From the NCBI GenBank assembly GCA_043228905.1, contig JBHGNT010000009.1:18724001-18788000 (forward strand): 64,000 bases of DNA, read 5' to 3'. Shown one piece after another: positions 1-11,942 of this stretch. Position 1 is the stretch's first letter; every line of letters starts with the position of its first letter. The notes under the pieces are model-generated. The model saw nothing but the letters and a program-made list of their open reading frames with translations, had not been told where the DNA came from and searched no databases. The DNA is from Azolla caroliniana. Its lineage: Eukaryota; Plantae; Polypodiophyta. The translations under genes were made by a program, and so were the position numbers.

Positions 1-58
1 CACTTTACTCACATATGCAGTGCAATAATGGTGTTACCCAATAATATGATGTGTTTAG

Positions 59-1541
59 GGCATTTTATCTTTCTATGGTCTTCCATCGTCAGCTCCATCA
101 TTATCCTCATCATCAATTTGTGTGGATATTCCGGATCCTACAGTAACTACTGCAACCGGGAAACGCCCGTGGCAGAAAGGTGTACAATATGAGATGGAGA
201 CGCTCCCGGTACCATATGAACCACACATTTATTGTCATAGTTGTAAGAGATAGTTAATATATCTAATTTTTCCTATTACCACCATACCCTAGTGGTAAGC
301 AAAGTTTTACTAGCCCTTGCACTTGGGTTCAAATCTCACACTACTTTACTGTATATAAGATGTGCCACTCCCTTTCTTTTAAGTGTATGAAAGGCAGATA
401 GCCATGCAGCAGTTGATGGGGACGGTTTGGTTGTTTATGTTGATACGAACGATGATTCAGAAGAAGCTATTCCCCATCATGTTCAAGAAACCATAGAGAA
501 ATGGAGAAAGTCTCGGGAACAACGGAATTACAAGGCAGCTGAGGCCTTGCAGAAACAGATAAGCAAAGTTGGCTATAAGTGAGATCATCATTTAACACCT
601 GCAATATATATATATATATATACACATATATATGTATAGGATGGCTAATCATAATTAGGAACTTCTATATGATATTCTTTCTATGAATGATTTTTGCTTC
701 TTTTACTTATAGTGAATTATTCTACAGAGTCTTTGATTCGAAAAATGGTGATGATGAGATAATTGGACGGAAATACAGAATTCGGCTTAGGTGAGAGATT
801 CAGTTGACAATTTGAAGTAGAGGACCGATATGTGATTTTTGTTAATAGATATAGGTTGAATTAATGGAAAAATAAGGTGGTTTTGTTGATAGAGGTGTAG
901 ATGCACCTGAGAATAGCCAACCATATGGGCTTGAATCAAAAGCTATGCTTCAAAGCATAGTGAATGGAAAACCTTTACGTCTTCGTGTTTATGGTGTGGA
1001 TCAATATAGGCGCATAGTTGCCGATGTTCATTGTTCTCAGGGTTTTGTTCAGGTATGAAAATAAGAATGGTCACTAAATACTCTTGTTTTTTAGCAGACA
1101 GATATACCTTATCTTAAGCTCGTGTGTTTTGATAGGAGATTCTTTTAAAAAAAGGGGGTTGCTGGCATTACACTACGTACGATAACCGTCCAGAATTTGC
1201 AAAGGTATACATATATATATCCACATATCTTTTGCATTGCTTTCTCTATAGAATGAATGCATGGATCTAAATACTGTTAGTTTATATAAGAAGATGCATT
1301 CTTTTGGCCACTATTTTAAGATGTTGAAATCATCGCTGTGTTAAATCATTGTGAAATGCAATTAAGCTTACACGAGATGCATGTTTGTTTGTGCTGGATT
1401 GAAAACATGTAAATGTCACAGTGGGAATTAGGAGCTCGGAAAAGAAGGTTAGGTTTATGGGAAGATGACAATCCAGAGAAACCATGGGATTATAGAAAGA
1501 AGCAGAACAGAGATGGAACACCAAAGTGTTTAACTAAATAA
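59..1541 (+). CDS. Staphylococcal-nuclease-like Ca2+-dependent nuclease (CAN1/CAN2 family), 3' part; exons 59-208, 394-578, 728-790, 893-1052, 1136-1204, 1422-1541
   Basis: GT-AG introns with matching phases. Spliced translation GILSFYGLP...GVQYEMETLP/ADSHAAVDGDGLVVYVDT.../RKYRIRLR/GVDAPENSQPYG...DQYRRIVADV/EILLKKGGCWHY.../WELGARKRRLGLWEDDNPEKPWDYRK*. Has SNase motifs DGD, RLRGVDAPE and GLW. The 5' exons lie outside the window. Confidence 0.92.
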
Positions 1542-2089
1542 GATTACTTTGTTTTCTTAAAACCAAACAAATGTACAAATATATTTTCCTAAATTTGACA
1601 GGAGAATTATGTACTAAAAATTCACCTGGTAACCTACACAACATCACTCATAAACATATGTCAGTGTTTAATTGTAATATATTATATTCCCCAAAAGCTC
1701 ACAAATACTGCGTGAGGTAAATTGAAATGGTTTGGAGCTCTTTATGCTGAATAGACGATTTAACATTCCTTTCAAATATGTTAAGTGCATACCCACCACT
1801 TAAGTGTGGCATTCTATTAAATGCGCTTTTTAGATAAAAAAATCCAGATAAAGAAATTTACATCGTTTCATGATGAAATTACATAAAACCAAATTGAAAC
1901 TATGTTCTAAACATTCAAAAAACAACAAAACCATCAACAAAAATCAGATTTGTTCCACTAACTCCAAATTTTGTAGCCTTTGTTAATCATTTAAAAGAAG
2001 TTAGGCACTTTGCTTATGGGTTGAATTCATGTTTGTAATATGTAATGCTAATTAGCTAAATTCACATTGAGTGGTATCGTTTATTCATC

Positions 2090-2490
2090 TTGTTCCCCTC
2101 TTTCCTACTACTTCCCTCCCCAATGCTCTTTCTATTGCTTCTTGTTATTGATTCTTCTTCTTAATCTTCTTTTGCTTCTTATTCTTCTTCCTTTTCCTTA
2201 TTTCGTCATCTAGCACTTTTCTTGATTCTTATTAGTCCTACTAATTTGTTTCGTTCTTCTTCTTCCATTGCATCTCCTTGATTCTTCTTCTATTACACTA
2301 CTTCCATTTCATGATGTTTCTTCCTACTAATACTCCTTCCCTTCTAATGTGTTCGTAATTCTTATTTTTCCTTCTACTTCCCCTTCCCCTCTTAATCTTC
2401 TTATACTCCTGTCTTAATCTTCTTATACTCCTGTCTTTTGTTTCTTTCTTATACTGCCTTCTCCTTTTCGCTTTGTCTTCTTCTTACTTA
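2090..2490. repeat. Pyrimidine-rich (TTC/CTT) low-complexity tract with a 22-bp tandem duplication
   Basis: Dense ttc/ctt runs; tcttaatcttcttatactcctg occurs twice at about 2390-2433. Confidence 0.7.
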
Positions 2491-3456
2491 TTGCAGAGTT
2501 CTAGTCCATGTGAGAAAATAATGATTGCATTATATATTTGCACCTTTAGCTCCAGAAACTAGATTGCATAGTTTGAAATAGTTGCTTTCGAGATGATATT
2601 GCCAACTACTCAACATCCATAAGAAGAAAGAGTTTCAATTTTACGTTGAAGGAAAAGGTTTTTCTAGGGTTCAAATTGTGAAAATCAACCCCATTAGCAA
2701 AAACTTCATGTAAACAAATTAGAACAATCTTTGACATAAAAAGTGCTCAAATTTTACTAGAGAACAGAACAACTAATAGTTTCTACCACAATAGGTGAGA
2801 ACGACCAAGTTTGGCAAAGAAATTTTAGATATTTTTTGCTTCTTATGAGTGAAAGTTCTGTTGCAAAAGAAAAAAAGGAAGAATGGTTTTTGCGAACAAG
2901 TTTTGTAGGAGAAGAAAAAAAATCGAGTAAAAAAGCCCAAAGTGTGTAGCTCAATTAAGTGCACACTTCTTCCTTGCATTGAAAGTGCGCACTTAATTGA
3001 ATGGTTATTGTAAATCGTTGGGAGGAATGCCTAACATATTGCAATCATATTTTTTAATTTTACATTCTTGTTTCTATTTTCTCTTCCAACACTTGTATGT
3101 GCGAATTGTCTCCTCTTCACTCACTACAATCCTTCACTACTAATATTATGATGCCGAAAGTAACAATACTAATATTATGCTACAATTGTCACAACTTGTG
3201 TAATTATGTCTCTACTATCTAATATTCAAGTTAAGATTGGAAACTTATTAAGTAAATAAATATTTCAAGCAAAATTAAAACATTGTACAACCAAATAAAA
3301 TGAATACTTAAATGGAACACTAGAGAACCTCTCAAATCAATATACATAGGATTTTCAACCACATCTCAATTCAATCCACGAGCCACATAAATCTCACCTT
3401 CATATGGTAATAAAGAGCATATGTAAGCTTCAAAACATCTATTCTCACAAGGGATA

Positions 3457-5976
3457 TGTAGAGAATATGCAGAATATTGCTCGACCACAACCGAGTCTTA
3501 GGATCAACCATAGAAAGATGGGAATAGGGAGAAATACACGTATACACACAAACAATAGAGCAAGAGAAAGTACACAATATGTTTTCGTGGAAAAACCCTA
3601 AATGGGGAAAAAACCACGGGAGCCCACAGACTCCAAACTATCACTATGTAAGAAGAATACAACAGTAATAAGTCACAGAGGCAACAACCTTGTGCTCTCA
3701 ATCTTCGCCAAGAGGCGGTTACAATAGAGACTGTTCAAGGTCTCTCTCTCTCTCTCTCTCTCTTTGTTACGCTCTGTACAGTAGTTACACCAATATGCAA
3801 CAACACTCTTCGCAATGATCTGCAACAACAATACCTCTGTTTGCCCTAGGTCATATTTATACTAATATGACTTTCGGGCTATTTTGGTCCCATCCCATCC
3901 AGAGGGACCAAAATCCTAACAAACTCCCCCTTCACTCCGGCATGGGATGCCTTGTCAATCCAATCCTCTTCTGGCATGCGTCCAACTTGTCGGGTGTCAG
4001 CACCTTGGTCAGCATATCTGACCCGTTCTCCTCCGTGTGGATCTTCGTCAACATGAACTCTCAATCTTCTACTCGCTCCCGGATCCAGTGGTACCTACGT
4101 TGGATGTGCTTCGTTCGGGAATGGTAGGTCGTGTTCTTTGCAAGGTGGATGGCACTCTGACTGTCGCAGTAGAGATGGTATTCCTCTTGCCGGATCCCTA
4201 GCTCTCCAATGGAGTCCTTCATCCATAATATTTCTTTGCCGGCTTCCACAGCCGCCATGTATTCCGCCTCCGTGGTTGACAATGCAACCGTCTTTTGCAG
4301 CCTTGATTGCCACGAAATAGCTCCCCTGCATATGTCATAACATATCCCGATGTTGACCGGCTGATATCCGCATCAGCCGGCCTATCCGAGTCAGTGAAAC
4401 CGTCAAGTTGGGGTTTACTGGAGCCGAATCGGAGACACATACTTGAGGTGCCTTTCAAGTATCGGAGTATCCATTTTACCGCATTCCAATGCTCCTTGCC
4501 GGGATTGCTCATAAACCGGCTCACCACTCCGACTGCGTATCTGATATCCAGTCGGGTACACACCATTGCGTACATTAAGCTCCCGACGGCAAAGGCATAT
4601 GGTATCTTCATCATATCCGCCTTCTCTGCCTTCGTCTTCGGGCTTTGCTTACCGGATAACTTGCAGTTTGCTGGGAGTGTCGATCCAATCGGTTTCGCAT
4701 CTGACATGTTGAACCACTGAAGCATCTTTGTCACGTACTTCTCCTATGACAACCACAATTGCTTCTTTGACCGGTCCCAGATGATATGCATCCCAAGTAT
4801 CTGTCTTGCCAGACCCAAGTCTTTCATTGAGAAGGTCTAGTTAAGAGCCTTCTTTAGCGTCCGTATCTTGACTTGGTCTCGTCCGACGATCAACATGTCG
4901 TCCACGTATAGGAGGAGTATCAGGAAGTCTCCACCTTCAAACTTCTTCACAAACACGCAGTAATCGGCCTGCGTCTTGTAGTATCCTTAATTCATCATGA
5001 TGGAGTCGAACTTCCGGTACCATTGTCGAGGAGCCTGCTTCAAACCGTAGAGGCTCTTCTTCAACCAACAAACCAGGCGCTCCTTCCCTTTCTTCACAAA
5101 TCCCTCCGGTTGCTGCATGTATCTCTTCTTCGAGGTCGCCGTGGAGGAACGCCATCTTCACGTCTAACTTCATCACATCCGCCTTCTCCACCTTCGTCTT
5201 TGGGCTTTGCTTACCGGATAACCTGCAGTTTGCCGGGAGTGTCGATCCGACCGGTTTCATGGTATCTTCATCATATCCGCCTTCTCTGCCTTCGTCTTCG
5301 GGCTTTGCTTACCAGATAACCTGCAGTTTGTCGAGTGTCGATCCGATCAGTTTCGCATCTGATTGTTGAACCGCTGAAGCACCTTTGTCACATACTTCTC
5401 TTGTGACAACCACACTTGCTTCTTTGACCGGTCCCGGATGATATGCATCCCTAGTATCTGTCTTGCTGGACCCAAGTCTTTCATTGAGAAGGTCTAGTTA
5501 AGAGCCTTCTTTAGCATCCGTATCTTGACTTGGTCTCGTCCGACGATCAACATGTCGTCCACGTACAGGAGGAGTATCAGGAAGTCTCCACCTTCAAACT
5601 TCTTCACAAACACGCAATGATCGGCCTACGTCTTGTGGTATCCTTAATCCATCATGAAGGAGTCGAACTTCCAGTACCATTGTCGAGGAGCCTGCTTCAA
5701 ACCGTAGAGGCTCTTCTTCAACTGGCAAACCAGGTGCTCCTTCCCTTTCTTCACAAATCCCTCCGGTTGCTGCATGTATCTCCTCTTCGAGGTCGTCGTG
5801 GAGGAACGTCGTCTTCACTTCTAACTGCTCTACCTCCTTGGGCTAACAGAAACATATTTACATATATGTCCCTTCATCTGGTGAGAGGTTCTCACCGGGC
5901 CTGCGTCATCCGGTTCTCACCGGGTCTTCCATTGCCGGGTACTCATATCCCATCCGGAGGGACCAAAATCCTAACA
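3457..5976 (-). mobile_element. Internally deleted Tork/Tnt1-like Copia (RT-RNase H remnant, 3' LTR 3457-3921), TSD GGATA
   Basis: TG..CA ends; GGATA at 3452-3456 and 5977-5981; PPT next to 3921; minus-strand RNase H STTEAEY/CDSQSAIHLAKN/HSRTKHI and RT VGSLMYAMVCTR. Confidence 0.88.
4599..5826. repeat. Tandem duplication of about 570 bp of RT sequence with a short third partial copy
   Basis: 4599-5170 is near-identical to 5259-5826; 5169-5258 repeats the first ~90 bp of the unit. Confidence 0.85.
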
Positions 5977-8900
5977 GGATAGCATCCCAAGTTTTCCAGA
6001 TCTGGGTTCAATGCCTATAGTGGAAGAAAGAAATCAGATGGATGATGTAAACAAAAGAAACTCTGAGACTAAGGGGCAAACTCTTTACAATAGTGTTGGA
6101 AGAGGTTGAGGAAGAGGCTATGGAAGATTTGGTTCAGCTAGAACCAACAATAATTATCAAGGAAGAGGACAACAGGCTATAAGTGGAAGAAACAACATCA
6201 GAGGCAGGGGGAGCAATCGAGGCAGAGGTAAGCAAACTTATTTGAATGATGATGGCTGTTGGTATTGTGGAAAACCAAGCCATACACAAGTTGAATGCTA
6301 TAAAAAGCAAAATGATGAAAAAAGAGGGAAGAGACAACAAAATAATTATGCTTCAAATAGTGAAAACTGTGATAAAGATGGTGCATTTGTGATGCAACAT
6401 GAAACGACAACAATCGTTGAATGTTCACAGAGATGTAATGAAGATTTTATGTGGTATGTAGATTTTGGGGCATCTAATCATATGACTGGACATGCAAACT
6501 AGTTTGAAAGTCTAAGAGAACTAGAGATTCCTGGTTATGTACAAATAGGTGATAATAGTACTCACACAATCGAGCATGTTGGAGATATCCCATTGTGGGA
6601 GGAAAAAGGGAAAACATGTGCCAAACCTTGCAAAAAATCTGATTTTTGTTGGCTAGATAGTAGAGCAAGGAATGCAAGTTAAGTTTAAGCAAAGTGAATG
6701 ATTTATAGAGAAACATGGAAAGCTTATTGCAAAAGGAAAACGACAAGGAAGAATGTTTGTGTTAGATGTGGATATGCCTAAAAAGATTACAACCATGTTT
6801 GCAGAAGGAATGAATGTAATCTCAGATGTGGACATGTGGCATAAAAGAATCAGTCACATAAGTATGCAAACCTTGAAAAATATGTTGAGGAAAAATGTTG
6901 TGGTTGGATTGCCGAAGCTTAAAGATTGTGAGATGAGCAAGATATGTGAAGCACGCCAATATGGAAAGCAAAACAGGTTACCTTTCCCTCATGAAAGACA
7001 TGTAAGCAAAAATTTGTTAGATTTGGTACATACATATGTATGAGGACTAACAAAAAATGCCTCAATTGGTGGCTGCAAGGTTTATGTAACATCTATTGAT
7101 GATTGCTCAAGGAAAACATGGGTTTATTTAATGAAAGAGAAAAGTGATGTATTTGATTGCTCTCGTAAGTTTAAATGCATGGTAGAAAAGCAGGCTAGAA
7201 CTAGAATAAAATGTTTAAGATCTGATGGAGGAGGAGAATACTTCTCAGATGAATTTTCTGATTTTCTATGCAATCAATGAATAAGGAGACAATTCACGTG
7301 TAGATATACTCCACAACAAAATGGAGTGGCTGAGAGGAAAAACAGAACTTTGGTGAACATAGCAAGGGCCTTGATGACAGAAAAAAAATGCCATTGTATT
7401 ACTGGGCAGAAGTTGTAAATACAACAAACTATATCTTAAATAGATGTATAACATCTAGAGTACATGAAGTAACTCCGGAAGAATGTTTCAATGGCAGGAA
7501 ACCTAGTTCAGGACACTTAAAAGTGTTTGGATGCCTTGCATATGTCCATGTACCTTGCTAAAGTAAGAAGTAAGCTTGATCCAAAAGCTGAAAAATGTGT
7601 TTTTGTGGGATATTGAGAGGAGCAAAAAGGGTATAGATGCTATAACCCGTTGACAAAAAAGATTGTGGTAAGCTGTGATGTAATATTTGATGAGTTGGGC
7701 AACTGGTACAACCCAAAAGATAATGTAGAAATTGATGAAGACTATGAAAATCAAGACAAGGATAAATCTAAAAATGGAAGAGATTGCCATAGAGATGGAA
7801 ACAATGTTGGACAACAAAGTTCAACATTAATAGAATGTACTGGACCATCTGAAAAATCTGGAACTAAATTTGATTCAAATGCATGGAGTGGAAAAAATAC
7901 AGGACAATATGATGATAGAAAAGGAAAACAGAAGATGCCAGAATATGCAATGCTTGATGATGGGTCTAGAAACATGGAAGATGTAGATTCAGATACATCA
8001 TTGGATGATGAGCTTGGTATATGAGCCTTGAAAATCCCTGGTATGGAAAAGTCAATGAAATATGCAAATCAGAAACTGAGAAGATCAGATAGAGAGAAAA
8101 AGACTGTTGAAAGATTTGGTTATGAGACATACATCGCTATGCATTATGCATATATTTCTAAAGTGGTACAGATCCCTGATCCAAGAAGCTTTGATGAAGC
8201 AAAAGTTGAGAAAAAATGGGTGAATGCAATGCAAGAAGAAATTGATGCATTGGCTGAAAACAAAACATGGGATTTGGTAAAGTTACCAAAAGGAAAAAAT
8301 GTGGTAGGTTGCAAATGGGTCTACAAAACAAAGCATGATTCCAATGAGAATGTAAGTAGACATAAATCAAGACTTGTTGCAAAGGGATATGCCCAAATGC
8401 AAGGAATTGATTATGATGAAACATTTGCACCGGTTGCAAAAATGGCAACATTGAGGACATTACCTGTTGTAAGTGCAGCCAAAAGATGGGTTCTGCACCA
8501 TATGGATGTAAAAAATGCTTTTTTACATGATAAATTGCAAGAGGGAGTATACATGTGTCAACCTCCAGGATTTGAAGATAAGAAGCATCCAGAAAACGTA
8601 TGTAGGTTGAAAAGGCTCTCTATGGACTGAAACAAGCACCGAGAACATAGCATAGGGAACTTTTAGAATCTCCGAAAAAATTTGCTTTCAAAATGTCAAA
8701 GGGCTGATCCATCATTATATGTAAAAAGGATAAATGATTGCATTGTTGTGATTTTGATTTATGTAGATGATTTAATCATCGGAGGTGATTCTATGGATGA
8801 AATAAGGAAGCTAATTTTTTTTTTGGAAATGCAATTTCATATGAAAGATTTGGGAGAGTTGAGATACTTTCTTGGTATTGAGATGATCAGATCTAAAAGT

Positions 8901-9532
8901 GGTATATATATGTTGCAAAACATTATGCAACAACTATGTTGAAGAAGTATGGTATGCTTGGATGCAAACCTATTGATGTACCACTAGATAAGAACTGCAA
9001 ATTGAGGTTCATACAAAGGGTTTCATCATGGAAAAACATACACAATTTAGAGACATGATGGGAGTCATAACCATTGGTATTATAGCTGAAAAGCATGAAG
9101 GAAAGAAGACTGAAGATGATGTCAAGAAAGGATAAGTTGAGCTTGAGGGGGAGTATTGAGAAATAAGCTCAACAAAAGCATATGGTGCATATTAGTAAGT
9201 GAGATCTTCTATAGTAGCTATTGGAAAATTAACTACTATTAGGCATGTAGGTAACTATTTAGCTAGTCATAGCTAATTAGCTGAATATGTTTAAGTCACT
9301 TATAACTTAGGTAAAAAGTAGAGAGAGTGAGTGTGAGTGAAAAAAGAAGAGAAGAGTGAAAGAGAGAAAAAACAGAGAATTGACGAGAGAGGTTTCGCTG
9401 CGTGTAATGAAATAGAAGCTTTTAGGTTGCTACAGAGGTAAGTCTCTTTCCCCCCTTGCTTTCTGTCTTGAGCACACTAAATGATCCAACACATCATGAC
9501 TCGATGTGCACAAAGAAGAGCCAGAGCGCCTT

Positions 9533-10226
9533 CGTAATAGGGTTCACCAAAAAGATGTCGCGAAAATGTTCGCGTGCGTGTGCTACTTGAGCGGGACTGT
9601 CGGGGTCTTGGACCAGGGAGAACTTTGCGCCAGGGAGGACGTTTGCCAAGTTATCGAAAAGAGGACAATGTCAATTTTAGAGTCCTAGAAACATTGTTAC
9701 ACTTGACAAGATTGAAAGATTGACGATTATAAGAAGAACAATAAGAAGTATATTAATATTGATCGGAGGTAAAAGAAAAAGAACAATAAGAAGTATAATT
9801 ATAAGAAGAATTTTATATTGATGATGATGGTGATGGTGATTATATCACATCCTGAGCCCCCTTTACACACTCTCTACTAGGGTTTTTATAGGTTTGTTCA
9901 TGCATAAAACCATGGTTTTGCTTATGACATGCACAAACCCATAGGTTTAAACCATGGTTTTGTGCACACGGTTTTATATGTTTGTTTCCTATGGAATACT
10001 AAATATGATAAGAGAATAATATACAAAATTTAAAGCACTTAGTAGTAGCCTTAGTGCTAAGTCAATTGTTTCCTATCTTGGAGGTGCAAGGTTCAAATCT
10101 TGCTTGCACCTCTCTGTATGCACATAGCCTTAAGCTTCTTTCTTCTTCTTTTTCATATTTACAAATGTGTGTGTAATGTGCATGGAACCACACTTTTTCA
10201 CTCAGTGGACATGCCACATCACGACA
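9533..10226 (-). mobile_element. Truncated Trp-PBS Gypsy: 5' LTR 9556-10226 plus degenerate PBS
   Basis: tgtcg...cgaca ends; gggttcacca next to the LTR; clearly similar to the reverse complement of 31121-31794. Confidence 0.8.
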
Positions 10227-10339
10227 ACATGTGTTGTGCTTGTGTTGACGTCCAAGAAGAATTGGCCGATTGCTATTGTAGCAACCCTATATAGTATGTA
10301 TCATAAAGAAGAAGAAGAAAAAGAAAACTTGTTTCAACC

Positions 10340-11942
10340 AGTCAACTATCATGAATACTCAAATGGACAACTCTCTTCCTAGTGAAAAGCTGGATAGAAA
10401 CAACTTTGCATCTTAGGAATACAAGATGCACCAATACCTTGTCGGCCAAGAAATGAAACTCAACCCAAGACACGCCGACTACTCGACATGGGGGCAAGCA
10501 GCAAGTCATGTGTTGCACTGCCTAGCATCATGTGTTCACGACCACATGCTCGGCTATATTGAAGGAGCTCAATAAATGAAACCCAACCCAACACACGTTG
10601 ACTACCTAACATGGGAGCAAGCAGCAAGTCACGTGTTGTAATGCTTGGCACCATGTGTTCACAACCACATGCTCAACTATATTCGAGAGGAGTGGGAGAA
10701 TCTCAAGAAGATTTTCACAGCAAATACAACTACACGAAAACTCCAACTCTGTCAAGAGCTAAATAATGTCCAACAAAGGAACATGCCGGTCACTAGCTAT
10801 ACCTTGAATATCAAAGAGCTATGTGACTCACTCGACTCAATCAACGTGAATGTCGATGATGACCAAATGGTGCAAATATGGCTTTTCGGCCTTGCACCAC
10901 GGTTTGGCACCATGTGAACTATCGTCCTAGCAAGGGAGAATCGTCCCTCTTTCTTCAACCTTCAGGCGATGCTACTAGTTGAGGAAAACCATGTCCAAAC
11001 AAGAAGCACAACCTCGGAAGGCTACATGCTCTACACACACTCAGATGGCAATAGAGGATGAAATCACAGAAGGAGAGGCCAGTTCAGCTAAGGAAGAAGC
11101 GGACAAGGTCTGATCCATGAGGAGAACTCCTACAAATGCCAAGAAAGTTGCAACACCCGCAGAGCGTTCTGTAGAAGGGGGAGCTACCATGCTGGATCAA
11201 GCCGACAATACAACTCTTTCAAGTGCAGATACTGTGGTAAAATCAGCCACCATGAGGAAGAGTGTCGAAAGAAGAAGAGTGAGTCGACTTCTACAAGCCA
11301 CCAACTCACCAATTATGCCACCAACTCCGATTATGACGACTATGGTGGAATGTTCATGATGAGGCATAGAGCGAACTCTATGTCGACCTTCAGTCCAACC
11401 ATCACCTCCAGTCTGGAAAATGTATGGTTTGTCAACTCCGACGAGTCCAACCACATGACGTTCCATGAAGAATGGTTTTGTGAGTTGCGAATGCCTGATC
11501 GACCCATCTATGTGGAAACTGAGGATGACACTATTCACCACATTTGGGAAAGATGGTGAACAAACCTATATTAAAAACATCTTACATGTTCCAGCTATAA
11601 CAAAGAATTTGGTCTAGGTTAGCCAAATTGTGGAACAAGGCATGCAAGTTTGTTTCAACCACAGAGGCTACTTCATTGGAAGGCTGACTCATCGCTTGTG
11701 GACAAAGAGAAGACCGAATGTTCATTCTCGACTCTCGTGAGATGAAATCTACGATGTTCGCGAAGGGCCATAAAGTCGACTCTGACATAGATCTCGGACA
11801 TGTAGTCAAAAGGAGTTGTCATCATACTCCCAACCTTCAGAGATAAGGAGATTGAAGGCGTATGTGTAGCTTGTCAATTCAACAAACAACATCGACAACA
11901 GTTTCCGAAGGAGAGGAACACAAGCAAAGGCCTTGTAGACAT
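10340..11942 (+). pseudogene. Degenerate Bryco-like Copia gag-PR fragment
   Basis: Motifs SLPSEKLDRNNFAS, WENLKKIFTANTTTRKLQL, CRYCGKISHHEEEC and ENVWFVNSDESNHMT; internal ~100-bp duplication near 10460-10685; cut off by the LTR at 11943. Confidence 0.8.

Larger units (their letters stand above)
3410..9480 (+). mobile_element. Degenerate AT-rich Bryco-like Ty1/Copia: 5'-truncated gag, PR, INT, RT, RNase H deleted, partial 3' LTR from 9154
   Basis: Gag reads AYVSFKTSILTRD|SIPSFPDLGSM across the 3457-5976 insert. Zn knuckle CWYCGKPSHTQVEC, PR WYVDFGASNHMTG, DVDMWHKRISH, RT CKWVYK/HMDVKNAFL/IYVDD. PPT gagggggag just before tattgag at 9154. Many stops and frameshifts. Confidence 0.85.

Noticed and set aside
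5980-6020. B-box-like gggttcaatgcc
   Set aside because: It lies in Copia gag coding sequence (DLGSM) and has no proper A-box.
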